DNA of 52,839 nt, from assembly GCA_030590985.1 (NCBI GenBank), contig JAUVBX010000001.1, positions 1 through 52,839 of the forward strand, in the 5' to 3' direction. The notes beneath the pieces were generated by a model. It saw only the letters and a list, made by a program, of their open reading frames with translations. It had not been told where the DNA came from and did not search any database. Every line of letters begins with the position of its first letter. The first letter of the stretch is position 1. Both the position numbers and the translations under genes were made by a program. This stretch comes from Lutibacter sp. (GTDB taxonomy: Bacteria > Bacteroidota > Bacteroidia > Flavobacteriales > Flavobacteriaceae). Of the stretch, positions 37,787 through 45,847 are shown piece after piece.

Positions 37787-38425
37787 TTAACTAGAGACAA
37801 TTACTCTTGGTTTTTTAGTTTCTGTGCTTTTTTCTTCTGTTGTTTGTACGAAATCAATTCGTAAGCTACCGTCAGCTTCCTTTGAATAATTCTTAGAATA
37901 ATTCAATTGTGTTGAGCCCCCTTCTGTTAAATAAATATCGTTAATATTTTCATCATAGTTATATCCAAAAGCAACATCAACACCCGTTTCAACCTTAAAG
38001 TTTAACTGTACAGTTCCATCTTGATTAAAAACCATAGAATAAGTGTCTAATAAATCTAAGTTTGCTTTCTCTGTAGTATTGTCATCAACTATATCAATTT
38101 GAGGTAAATTATTGTTGTATTCATCTGTAAACACAAGATTTAATCTATTATTTTCAACATTATAGTTGCGATTTCCTTGCGTTTTTTGAGCATTTTCATT
38201 TGAATAAAGAAAAACTTCATTTTGAGTTTTAGCGTCAGAATAGTCTACTGCAACTCCTTCTTTAACTTCATGAGTTAGTGCGTAACTTCCATCCATGTTA
38301 CGTTTAATTTCAAAAGATTCCAACATTTTGTTATTGGTGTCATCAACATCAGTTATCATTTCCTCAGTAGAACAAGAGGTTAGCATTAGAGTAGTGGCAA
38401 TAAAGCCTAAAAGTAAATGTTTCAT
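37787..38425 (-). CDS. Lipoprotein with two internal repeats, function unknown, encoded between the response regulator and the kinase
   Basis: 212 aa. Lipobox LMLTSC. Repeats FEIKRNMDGSYALTHEVKEGVAVDY / MVFNQDGTVQLNFKVETGVDVAFGY. Confidence 0.75.
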   Translation of the reverse strand: MKHLLLGFIATTLMLTSCSTEEMITDVDDTNNKMLESFEIKRNMDGSYALTHEVKEGVAVDYSDAKTQNEVFLYSNENAQKTQGNRNYNVENNRLNLVFTDEYNNNLPQIDIVDDNTTEKANLDLLDTYSMVFNQDGTVQLNFKVETGVDVAFGYNYDENINDIYLTEGGSTQLNYSKNYSKEADGSLRIDFVQTTEEKSTETKKPRVIVSS

Positions 38426-38533
38426 AATATAAAGGTTAAGTTAATTTTGGTATTACTTGAATTAGTTACCTATAGGGTAAAAAATCAAGTAAAAGGGTTT
38501 CTGTTATTTAAAGAGTTATATGTTTATGTTGAT

Positions 38534-38585
38534 AAAAAGGGGAAGCATTATGAGTGCAAATAAGTACAATGAATCATACTCCCCC
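38534..38585 (-). terminator. Rho-independent terminator downstream of the response-regulator gene
   Basis: Minus strand: GGGGGAGTATGA...TCATAATGCTTCCCC followed by TTTTT. Imperfect ~12-bp stem with two G:U pairs. Confidence 0.55.
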
Positions 38586-38606
38586 TAATCAACCTAAATA
38601 TTTCCT

Positions 38607-39269
38607 TTAGTCAATTAATTTATGTTTTACAACATAAATTGCTAATCCTACCGCATTTTTCACGCCTAGTTTTGCCATGATATTCTTTTTATGAGTTTCC
38701 ACGGTACCAGTACTAATATGAAGTGCTTCTGCAATTTCTTTATTGCCATACTCTTCAGCAATAAGCTTTAAAATTTCATATTCACGATCAGTAAGCATGC
38801 CAAAATATTCGTTAAAGTGTACTTCTTCAGTTACTTTTTTGCCAGTAAAAGAATTAACTATTTTATTACGAATATCACTGCTAAAAAACATATCACCTTC
38901 GTGGACTGTTTTAATTGCTTCTATGATACTTTCTCCTGCACTTACTTTAGTGATAAAGCCTTTAGCACCAATTTTTAACACCTCTTTAATTAGTTTAACA
39001 TCGTTATAGCTAGTTAAAATAATCGTGTTGGGTAGGTTTCCATTAATTTGAAAAGAACGTAAAACATCAATGCCATCCATTTTTGGCATTCCAATGTCTA
39101 ATACCAAAATATCGGCATTATTTTCATTAAACCAGTTTATTACACTGAGCCCATCCAACGAATATCCTACAACATTTATCTTTTTTTCAGTTTTGAGAAC
39201 AGCCACTATACCGTCAATCAATATTTGATGATCGTCCGCAATATGGACTGTTATGATTTCTTCTCTCAT
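38607..39269 (-). CDS. Response regulator, NarL/LuxR family
   Basis: 220 aa. Receiver domain (DDH...VLDIGMPKMDG...) plus LuxR HTH (LTDREYEILKLIAEEYGNKEIAEALHISTGTVETHKKNIMAKLG). Confidence 0.9.
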   Translation of the reverse strand: MREEIITVHIADDHQILIDGIVAVLKTEKKINVVGYSLDGLSVINWFNENNADILVLDIGMPKMDGIDVLRSFQINGNLPNTIILTSYNDVKLIKEVLKIGAKGFITKVSAGESIIEAIKTVHEGDMFFSSDIRNKIVNSFTGKKVTEEVHFNEYFGMLTDREYEILKLIAEEYGNKEIAEALHISTGTVETHKKNIMAKLGVKNAVGLAIYVVKHKLID

Positions 39270-39280
39270 ATTTTATGGTA

Positions 39281-39288
39281 CAAATGTA
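39281..39288 (-). promoter_or_regulatory. Bacteroidota-type -7 promoter box for the response regulator
   Basis: The minus strand reads TACATTTG, 11 nt upstream of the ATG at 39269 (very short leader). Confidence 0.35.
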
Positions 39289-39407
39289 TTTTGGTTAAAC
39301 ATATTACACAATACCCAATTCCATGATATTATTAAAATATAGGTTTTGGGTAGAATTCATTCCTTTACTTCTTACAATTAGTAATATAATCTTAATAAAT
39401 CATATTT

Positions 39408-39448
39408 TTAAAAAATAAACCCTCCTAATAATACTATAAGGAGGGTTT
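39408..39448 (-). terminator. Rho-independent terminator of the DUF4293 gene
   Basis: AAACCCTCCT-(12 nt)-AGGAGGGTTT, followed by a T-run on the minus strand. Confidence 0.65.
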
Positions 39449-39474
39449 CACACTAAATATACTAAGTTATGGCA

Positions 39475-39909
39475 TTATCGCAGTCTATCTACAGATTTTA
39501 CGAGGTTTTCATCTTTTTGAATAGCGCGGTTTGCTAAATACAAAAGCACTATTGATGCCAAAGGTAGAAAACTTCCAATACCCTTCTCAGAAATAATAAT
39601 TCCTCCGGATAAGTTTAGTAGATGATAAGCTAATAAGCCTAACAAAATGAGATTTATCAATATATTAAAACGATTCAAATTCATCTGAAATTTACGATTT
39701 TTAAAGACAAATAGACTTACTATTGCCATAAATGCAATAAGAAAAAACGCAACACTTATACTAGTAGTAAGTAATTTAGGTTGAATAAAAAAAGACATTA
39801 TGTCTACAGATTGGTCATTTCTTTCTTTCCAAAGATCAAAAACAAATACCAATCCACCAGATATAATACCGACTAGTAATAAATATACACTTTGAATACG
39901 TTGAATCAT
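39475..39909 (-). CDS. DUF4293-like integral membrane protein
   Basis: 144 aa with four TM segments. The N-terminus MIQRIQSVYLLL is typical of what I recall for DUF4293. Confidence 0.75.
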   Translation of the reverse strand: MIQRIQSVYLLLVGIISGGLVFVFDLWKERNDQSVDIMSFFIQPKLLTTSISVAFFLIAFMAIVSLFVFKNRKFQMNLNRFNILINLILLGLLAYHLLNLSGGIIISEKGIGSFLPLASIVLLYLANRAIQKDENLVKSVDRLR

Positions 39910-39930
39910 ACAAAATTAAAATACGAAGCA

Positions 39931-39938
39931 CAAAGATA
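39931..39938 (-). promoter_or_regulatory. Bacteroidota-type -7 promoter box for the DUF4293 gene
   Basis: The minus strand reads TATCTTTG, 21 nt upstream of the ATG at 39909. Confidence 0.35.
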
Positions 39939-40095
39939 CTGTTTTACTCAATATCTATATATTGATTTCACGCAAAAATTTTACATCTATCACTAAGAAT
40001 AATAAAAATTGAATAAATGTGGTTGTTTTTTTAATAAGATTTTTTTTAAACAGATCAACCATATTAGAGTTTGTAAGTAGAGTGATTAATGCTTT

Positions 40096-40103
40096 TAGTT
40101 TTG
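40096..40103 (+). promoter_or_regulatory. Candidate -7 promoter box far upstream of the SQR-like gene
   Basis: TAGTTTTG is the only exact TAnnTTTG match I found in the 380-nt intergenic region. It would give a leader of about 180 nt. Confidence 0.25.
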
Positions 40104-40289
40104 TGCTTAAACATACATTTTATTATGCGCTTACTGATGTAAAAGCAATAAGAGTTACATAGATTTTAGTTTTATATCGTACCTTCGCAACAAAATAGAC
40201 AACTATCAGCCTGTTAAGTTAACTTTTATATAAGAACGGTAGATAAAAGTCTATTAACTTCTTACAATAACAACTAAAAGTTTATTAAT

Positions 40290-41741
40290 ATGGCAAAAGT
40301 ATTAGTTTTAGGTGCTGGTATATCTGGACATACTGCAGTAACTTATTTAAATAAGTATTTAGGTAAAAAACACCAAGTGGTTATGGTTTCACCTAATAGT
40401 AATTTTCAATGGGTACCCTCAAATATTTGGGTAGGTGTTGGCTTAATGAAACCCGATCAAGTAAAGTTTAAATTAGCTCCTGTTTATAAAAAATTAGGAA
40501 TTGAGCATAAACAAGCCTTAGGGATTTCTATTCATCCTGAGGGTGATAAAGAGATTGATAGTGGGTATGTTTCAATTAAATATGTTTCTGAAGAACAAGA
40601 TGGTGAAGAGGAGAAAGTAACCTACGATTATTTGATAAATGCTACGGGTCCAAAACTCAATTTTGATGCAACTGAAGGTCTTCGTGAACATTCAAACTCT
40701 GTTTGTACTTATGATCATGCAGAACATGCATGGGGTAATTTACAAGAAGCGTATAAGAAAATGGAAAATGGTGAAAAGCAGACTTTTCTCATTGGAACTG
40801 GTCATGGTTTGGCAACTTGCCAAGGTGCCGCATTTGAATATGTGCTGAATATTGCATTTGAAGTTCATAAACGTAAGCTTTCTCATTTAGCAGATATTTG
40901 GTGGATTTCTAACGAATATGAATTAGGAGATTTTGGAATGGGTGGTGCTTATGTTAAACGAAATGGTTACATCACACCTACTAAAATTTTTACTGAATCG
41001 ATATTAAAGGAATATGGTATTCGTTGGATTAAAAGAGCTGCTGTTCAAAAAGTCGAAGCAGGAAAAGTTTATTATGAAAACCTAAGAGGTGAAAAACACA
41101 CTAAAGAATTTAACTTTTCAATGCTAATACCTGGTTTTGCAGGTGCTGGTCTTAAAGCTTTTGGAAAAGACGGTTCTGATATTTCTGATAAAGTCTTTGC
41201 AGCTAATACAATGATGAAAGTAGATGCTGATTATTCTCCAAAACCTTATGAAGAGTGGAGCGCTGCTGATTGGCCAAAAATCTATCAAAGTAGTGCATAT
41301 GACAATATGTATGCTTCGGGGATTGCTTTTGCACCGCCACATACTATGTCAAAACCAATGTCTAGTCCTAATGGCACAAAAATATTTCCCACTCCGCCTC
41401 GAACGGGAATGCCTTCTGGAGTTATTGGTAAAATTGTAGCACAAAATATTGCGCATCAAATTAAAACAGGTAAAAAAGATCACCCACACGAAGCATCTAT
41501 GGCAACGATGGGTGCAGCTTGTATTGTTTCAGCAGGATATGGGTTATTTAAGGGTAAAGCAGCCGTTATGACTGTAAAACCTATTGTTCAAGACTGGGAG
41601 AAATACCCTAAATGGGGTAGAAGTATAAGTGATACTGTTGGAGTAGTTGGTACAGCTGGACATTGGATGAAATTGTTTATGCATTATATGTTTTTATATA
41701 AAGCAAAGGCAAAACCATTATGGTGGATGATACCAGAATAG
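40290..41741 (+). CDS. FAD-dependent pyridine nucleotide-disulfide oxidoreductase, sulfide:quinone oxidoreductase-like
   Basis: 483 aa. Rossmann motif VLVLGAGISGHTA. Redox-Cys context GLATCQGAAFEY resembling the conserved SQR C-x-G-x-x-x-E segment. Second Cys in MGAACIVSAG. Amphipathic C-terminus. Confidence 0.8.
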   Translation: MAKVLVLGAGISGHTAVTYLNKYLGKKHQVVMVSPNSNFQWVPSNIWVGVGLMKPDQVKFKLAPVYKKLGIEHKQALGISIHPEGDKEIDSGYVSIKYVSEEQDGEEEKVTYDYLINATGPKLNFDATEGLREHSNSVCTYDHAEHAWGNLQEAYKKMENGEKQTFLIGTGHGLATCQGAAFEYVLNIAFEVHKRKLSHLADIWWISNEYELGDFGMGGAYVKRNGYITPTKIFTESILKEYGIRWIKRAAVQKVEAGKVYYENLRGEKHTKEFNFSMLIPGFAGAGLKAFGKDGSDISDKVFAANTMMKVDADYSPKPYEEWSAADWPKIYQSSAYDNMYASGIAFAPPHTMSKPMSSPNGTKIFPTPPRTGMPSGVIGKIVAQNIAHQIKTGKKDHPHEASMATMGAACIVSAGYGLFKGKAAVMTVKPIVQDWEKYPKWGRSISDTVGVVGTAGHWMKLFMHYMFLYKAKAKPLWWMIPE

Positions 41742-41785
41742 TCAAATAATAACATAGAATTAAAAAAACTATTAAAATTATAAAT

Positions 41786-41971
41786 ATGTCAACGGAAATA
41801 AGAGGAAAAATAAAAAGTAAAGCTAGAACAATTCCATATAGTAATATGTCGTATGGAACTGAGCCAGGACGTTTCGTAAGATTTACACGCTGGTGTATGA
41901 TTTATCAGATTTATCAATTCTTTCGTTTGAATCTTAAAGTTATGAAGATTGTTATAAAGGGACATTCATAA
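41786..41971 (+). CDS. Hypothetical small basic protein (61 aa)
   Basis: ORF only, 44 nt after the SQR-like stop on the same strand. No recognisable motif. Confidence 0.3.
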   Translation: MSTEIRGKIKSKARTIPYSNMSYGTEPGRFVRFTRWCMIYQIYQFFRLNLKVMKIVIKGHS

Positions 41972-42065
41972 ATTGATACATAGTCTGTTAAAAAAATAGT
42001 TTATATCAAAGGTCGTTTATTCAATTCAAAATGTTACTTTTGTTACAAAGCTAAAAACTAATATT

Positions 42066-42332
42066 ATGACTATTATCAAAATTCAAAATTTAAAATGCCA
42101 TGGATGTGCAAACACCATATTAAAAGGAGTTCAAGCTATCGAAGGTGTAACTGAACTATCAGTTGATGTTGATGAATCAAAGGTTACCTTTAGTGCTAGT
42201 GATTATTCAGTAATAGATGTGGTAAAAACTAAACTATCAAAACTGGGTTATCCCGAAATTGATGCCAGCAATACAACTTTACATAAAGCTAAATCTTTTG
42301 TGAGTTGTGCTGTAGGGAGAATAAATGACTAA
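42066..42332 (+). CDS. Heavy-metal-associated (HMA, CopZ-like) domain protein
   Basis: 88 aa. IQNLKCHGCANTI (CxxC metal-binding loop) in a ferredoxin-like fold of the usual length. Confidence 0.8.
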   Translation: MTIIKIQNLKCHGCANTILKGVQAIEGVTELSVDVDESKVTFSASDYSVIDVVKTKLSKLGYPEIDASNTTLHKAKSFVSCAVGRIND

Positions 42333-42437
42333 GTAATGAATTTTAATCTGTGTTTTTGTAATAATATCACAGGTTTTTTTCTTTCTCAATAGGATCTTTA
42401 AAATTTAATATTATTACTAACTTTAAATATTTATATT

Positions 42438-42650
42438 ATGAAAAAAAATGTAGGAAGTTTTGACAAGATTTTACGTGTTGTCATTGCAATAGTAGCTGCT
42501 TATTTTGCTTATGCTGGTGCTTTTGAAGCCGAATGGGTCTCTTATGTTCTATATGCTGTTGCAATAATTATGTTACTTACAACTTTAATGGGTAGCTGTC
42601 CGCTATATTCTATTTGTGGAGCAAATACTTGTAAAGTTAAAGAAGAATAA
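42438..42650 (+). CDS. DUF2892 (YgaP-like) small membrane protein
   Basis: 70 aa. MKKNVGSFDKILRVVIAIV..., two TM helices and a C-terminal GSCPLYSICGANTC. Confidence 0.8.
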   Translation: MKKNVGSFDKILRVVIAIVAAYFAYAGAFEAEWVSYVLYAVAIIMLLTTLMGSCPLYSICGANTCKVKEE

Positions 42651-42670
42651 TTTTTTTAAAATAGTCAAAA

Positions 42671-42709
42671 AACAAGAGGGGCACGATATAACATCACGCC
42701 CTTTTTATT
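42671..42709. terminator. Weak hairpin plus T-run between convergent genes
   Basis: GGGGC...GCCCT followed by TTTTT. Only about 4-5 bp of stem. Confidence 0.3.
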
Positions 42710-45056
42710 TCTTTATGAGTTTGTGTACTCTAGAAATTCCTTCAGAATAAACCTTCACAAAATACACTCCTTTTGTAATATTTTGAATATCAATAGTTGG
42801 ATTAGAACTAGATACTTTATGACGAACAATCAATTGTCCTGTTATGCTTATAATATCAAGTGTATAGTCATTAGCATTTATCGGAGCAATAATTCTTAGT
42901 ACATCATCAGCTGGATTTGGATATATACTAAAATGATTTAGTTTATCTGAAGCAATATCTGCAGTACTTGAATCAATAATTTTAACCGACAGATCATCAA
43001 AGTAAAAACCATCTCCTGTAACGTAACCATCTGAGACTAATACAAACCTAAATAGAATTTGTTGCCCTAAATAATCACTTAAGTTAATCTCTTCTAATAT
43101 CCAATCAGATTGCACACCATCATATAAAGGTTCACTTTCGGCATTACCTTGGTTAGAACCACCTGTATTTGTAAAATTACCACATTGAGCTTGCCAAGAA
43201 GATCCATTATCTGTAGAGACTTCAAACTGTACATAATCCCAATTGTTTTCAATATCCCATTTGGTGTAAAATGAAACACTAGCCATTAGAGCATCTGTTA
43301 AATTGATTGGATCAGAGAGCACAATAGCGTTATTTGAATTACTAGTATAGTCACCTGAAGGTGAATCAGTGATAGAAGTAGGTGCTGAAACATAATTATT
43401 CGTACTAATTCCCCAGTTAGAATTATCCCAATATGTAGTAGGAGAATCACCATTATCAAAGAGAATTTCAGTAGTATTCCCATAAACCTTAGTGATTTCT
43501 TTTTCGGTATTAAAAAGTCCGTTATTAACTATAAGTGTATATAATATCAAATCTCCATACTGAATAGTATTATCTAATGTATATGAGATAGAACCTAATA
43601 CAACTTCTGACATTTCCAAACCATTATGTGTATTTGTACTTCCTATATTTATAATATTACTAGATGTTGGTATAATGCTTACAGTAAAATCCCCAGGTTC
43701 TCCCAAGCCTAAACGTTGTATGGTGTAATCAAAATTACCGTTAATATCGGCAACAAATATGGGTGAATTATCCATTATTTTAGCATAATTGTGTATAAGT
43801 GTTGCTCCTGTTAAATTATGAAACATCATTTCTTTACAGATAGGTATAATATCACTTTGAGAAGGCCAAAATGCATAACCAATTTCTGGAGTCATTGCAA
43901 ATATTTTATTATGAGTTGAAGTGTCACCGTACATCCAGTCATCAGAAACTCCTGAAGCGGGATATAAATCAGATGATATTTGGTTTGTATAGCCATTTTG
44001 TGAAACCATCAGTTGAGAAATTGCATCAAAAGTAGCATCGTCAGGTGTGGGTATATTAGAGGCATATCCAAAAGGGTATAATAATAATTCACTATAGGTA
44101 TGATTATTTAGTGCCATCACAAAATTATGTTGCTCGCAAAACCATTTAATCGCTTGTGTTTCGGGTTCACTAAAGCCAGCGGTACCTGGATATGTTTCAC
44201 CACTAGAACCTGATGTTCCTGCTCCACCCCATTGATAAGAATAATTTCTGTTAAGGTCAACACCATAGGTGCCATCACCATTGTTGCGTCTGTTTTTTCG
44301 CCAGTAACCTCCTCCATTTGGGTTGGTCGTTTCGTTATAAATATATCCATCAACATTTATTACAGGTACAAAATACATTTCGGTATTGTCTACTAAAGTT
44401 TGTATATCACTGTCACTGTCATAGTTTTCTAATAGATACCACATATAAAAAATGAGTTGTTGCATTGAGGCGGGTTCTCTTGCATGATGAACTGCTGTGT
44501 AGAGCATTTCGGGTTCAGTCTCGTTTGTATTTGGATTATCAGAAATTTTCACCCAATAAATAGGTCTGTTTTCAATCGTTTCAAAACTACTAATAGGTGA
44601 TTTTAGTGTAATTAAATTTGGATACAAATTTTGCATATCATCTAATTCAGCTAATATTTGAGAATAGGTTAGAAATCCTCCCATACTTCCCAAGTTAAAA
44701 TTAGTTGGAGTATCATAATCTATTATTGCAGAACCTGTACATGGTTCAGGATTTTTTGAAATAGGAGTAACTCTATCACGAACATTTTTTATGTAATGTT
44801 CCTGCATATCCTCAATTAGGATATCTACATTATATCCTAATAATTTTGCTTTATTTATCTCTTGTAAAGAAAATACAGATTCAATAAATGTATTTTGTTT
44901 GATTATTCCATTATCAGCGGCAATTCCTTCATTCATTAGACTTATAAGGTCATGGTCAGAATCAATATATATTTTAGCTTTAACATATTGTAAATTTGAT
45001 TGTTGTGCAAAAATATTTAAAGAAGTAAGAAATAAGAATAGAAGTATATATCTCAT
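42705..45056 (-). CDS. M14-family zinc carboxypeptidase with a C-terminal beta-sandwich domain and a T9SS sorting domain
   Basis: 783 aa. Signal peptide, HHAREPAS (HxxE), NVDGY, RKNRRN / DLNRNY. Tail FSIYPNPADDVLRI...GVYFVKVYSEGISRVHKLIKK. Confidence 0.88.
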   Translation of the reverse strand: MRYILLFLFLTSLNIFAQQSNLQYVKAKIYIDSDHDLISLMNEGIAADNGIIKQNTFIESVFSLQEINKAKLLGYNVDILIEDMQEHYIKNVRDRVTPISKNPEPCTGSAIIDYDTPTNFNLGSMGGFLTYSQILAELDDMQNLYPNLITLKSPISSFETIENRPIYWVKISDNPNTNETEPEMLYTAVHHAREPASMQQLIFYMWYLLENYDSDSDIQTLVDNTEMYFVPVINVDGYIYNETTNPNGGGYWRKNRRNNGDGTYGVDLNRNYSYQWGGAGTSGSSGETYPGTAGFSEPETQAIKWFCEQHNFVMALNNHTYSELLLYPFGYASNIPTPDDATFDAISQLMVSQNGYTNQISSDLYPASGVSDDWMYGDTSTHNKIFAMTPEIGYAFWPSQSDIIPICKEMMFHNLTGATLIHNYAKIMDNSPIFVADINGNFDYTIQRLGLGEPGDFTVSIIPTSSNIINIGSTNTHNGLEMSEVVLGSISYTLDNTIQYGDLILYTLIVNNGLFNTEKEITKVYGNTTEILFDNGDSPTTYWDNSNWGISTNNYVSAPTSITDSPSGDYTSNSNNAIVLSDPINLTDALMASVSFYTKWDIENNWDYVQFEVSTDNGSSWQAQCGNFTNTGGSNQGNAESEPLYDGVQSDWILEEINLSDYLGQQILFRFVLVSDGYVTGDGFYFDDLSVKIIDSSTADIASDKLNHFSIYPNPADDVLRIIAPINANDYTLDIISITGQLIVRHKVSSSNPTIDIQNITKGVYFVKVYSEGISRVHKLIKK

Positions 45057-45195
45057 GTTGATTAGATTTAGAATGCAAGATTAAACAAATATGAGATGTT
45101 TTCACATATTTTTTATTAAAAGAATTAATTAGAGAGTGACAACATTAAAGATTTTAGAGTGAATTCAAGATAATAGGAAACAAATAAAAGATACT

Positions 45196-45561
45196 TTATT
45201 CTTTATTCTCAAAAATAAAAGTTCCTTCAAACTCTTCACGAATATTAAGCCAAGTTTTATAGGCTTCTAGTTTTGTACGAAAAATTTCAGTTTGTACTTT
45301 CCATTCAGGTTGTTCATAAAACAAATGTGTGGCAATATCAGGGAAAAATACTGAAAAAGTTCCAAGTACACTTCTAGCTCTTGTTTCGCTCAAACCATTG
45401 TATAGTTGAATACGATAGCCTTCAACTTCTTTATAAGTTTGGTTAAAAGCTCTTTTTTCTTGTAGTAATTCTTGCATTTTTGCATCACTGTTTTGACCAA
45501 AACCAGTAAAATTTATTAATCCTATAAATAAAAATGCAATATAAAAAATTGTGTTATTCAT
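45196..45561 (-). CDS. SPOR-like domain protein (secreted or membrane-anchored)
   Basis: The track ORF starts at a TTG (45579). The ATG at 45561 gives MNNTIFYIAFLFIGLINF... (121 aa). The C-terminal EGYRIQLYNG...RARSVLGTF...EQPEWKVQTEIFRTKLEA resembles a SPOR repeat. Confidence 0.65.
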   Translation of the reverse strand: MNNTIFYIAFLFIGLINFTGFGQNSDAKMQELLQEKRAFNQTYKEVEGYRIQLYNGLSETRARSVLGTFSVFFPDIATHLFYEQPEWKVQTEIFRTKLEAYKTWLNIREEFEGTFIFENKE

Positions 45562-45847
45562 AATTTTATTCTTTGGCAAAGGTACTATTTTTAAGTTATT
45601 TGATTATTTTGTATCATTTTTGATAAAAATGTATTGTTTCATTTTTTGATAACATATACAAAGCCAAATTAGTATCAATATATGGTTTTTAGCACTATTT
45701 AGAAACATTCTAAATTACATTTGCTTTAGACAGATTTGTTTGTAAATCTATGAAATAATGCTATTTTCGCATCATTATTCTTATCTCAACTCTAATTTAA
45801 ATGAGATATGAAATAATCGTACCAAACAAGAAATTAACTCTTTCAAT

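Noticed and set aside
38453-38492. Nested hairpin TTACTTGA...(TTACC-TATAG-GGTAA)...TCAAGTAA upstream of the lipoprotein gene
   Set aside because: It is AT-rich with short stems, has no adjoining T-run and no recognisable RNA motif. I cannot distinguish it from chance structure in AT-rich intergenic DNA without comparative data.
40089-40142. 17-codon hydrophobic uORF (MLLVLCLNIHFIMRLLM) in the long region upstream of the SQR-like gene
   Set aside because: Its ATG lies upstream of the only plausible promoter box (40096..40103), so it would not be on that transcript. Such short ORFs are common by chance.
45612-45653. Palindrome TATCA-TTTT-TGATA and two TTTTTGATAA direct repeats upstream of the ACIII operon, as a possible FNR/CRP-type site
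   Set aside because: The half-site orientation and spacing do not match TTGAT-N4-ATCAA. Short A/T-rich repeats are frequent in this 268-nt AT-rich spacer. It would be worth checking only with comparative footprinting.
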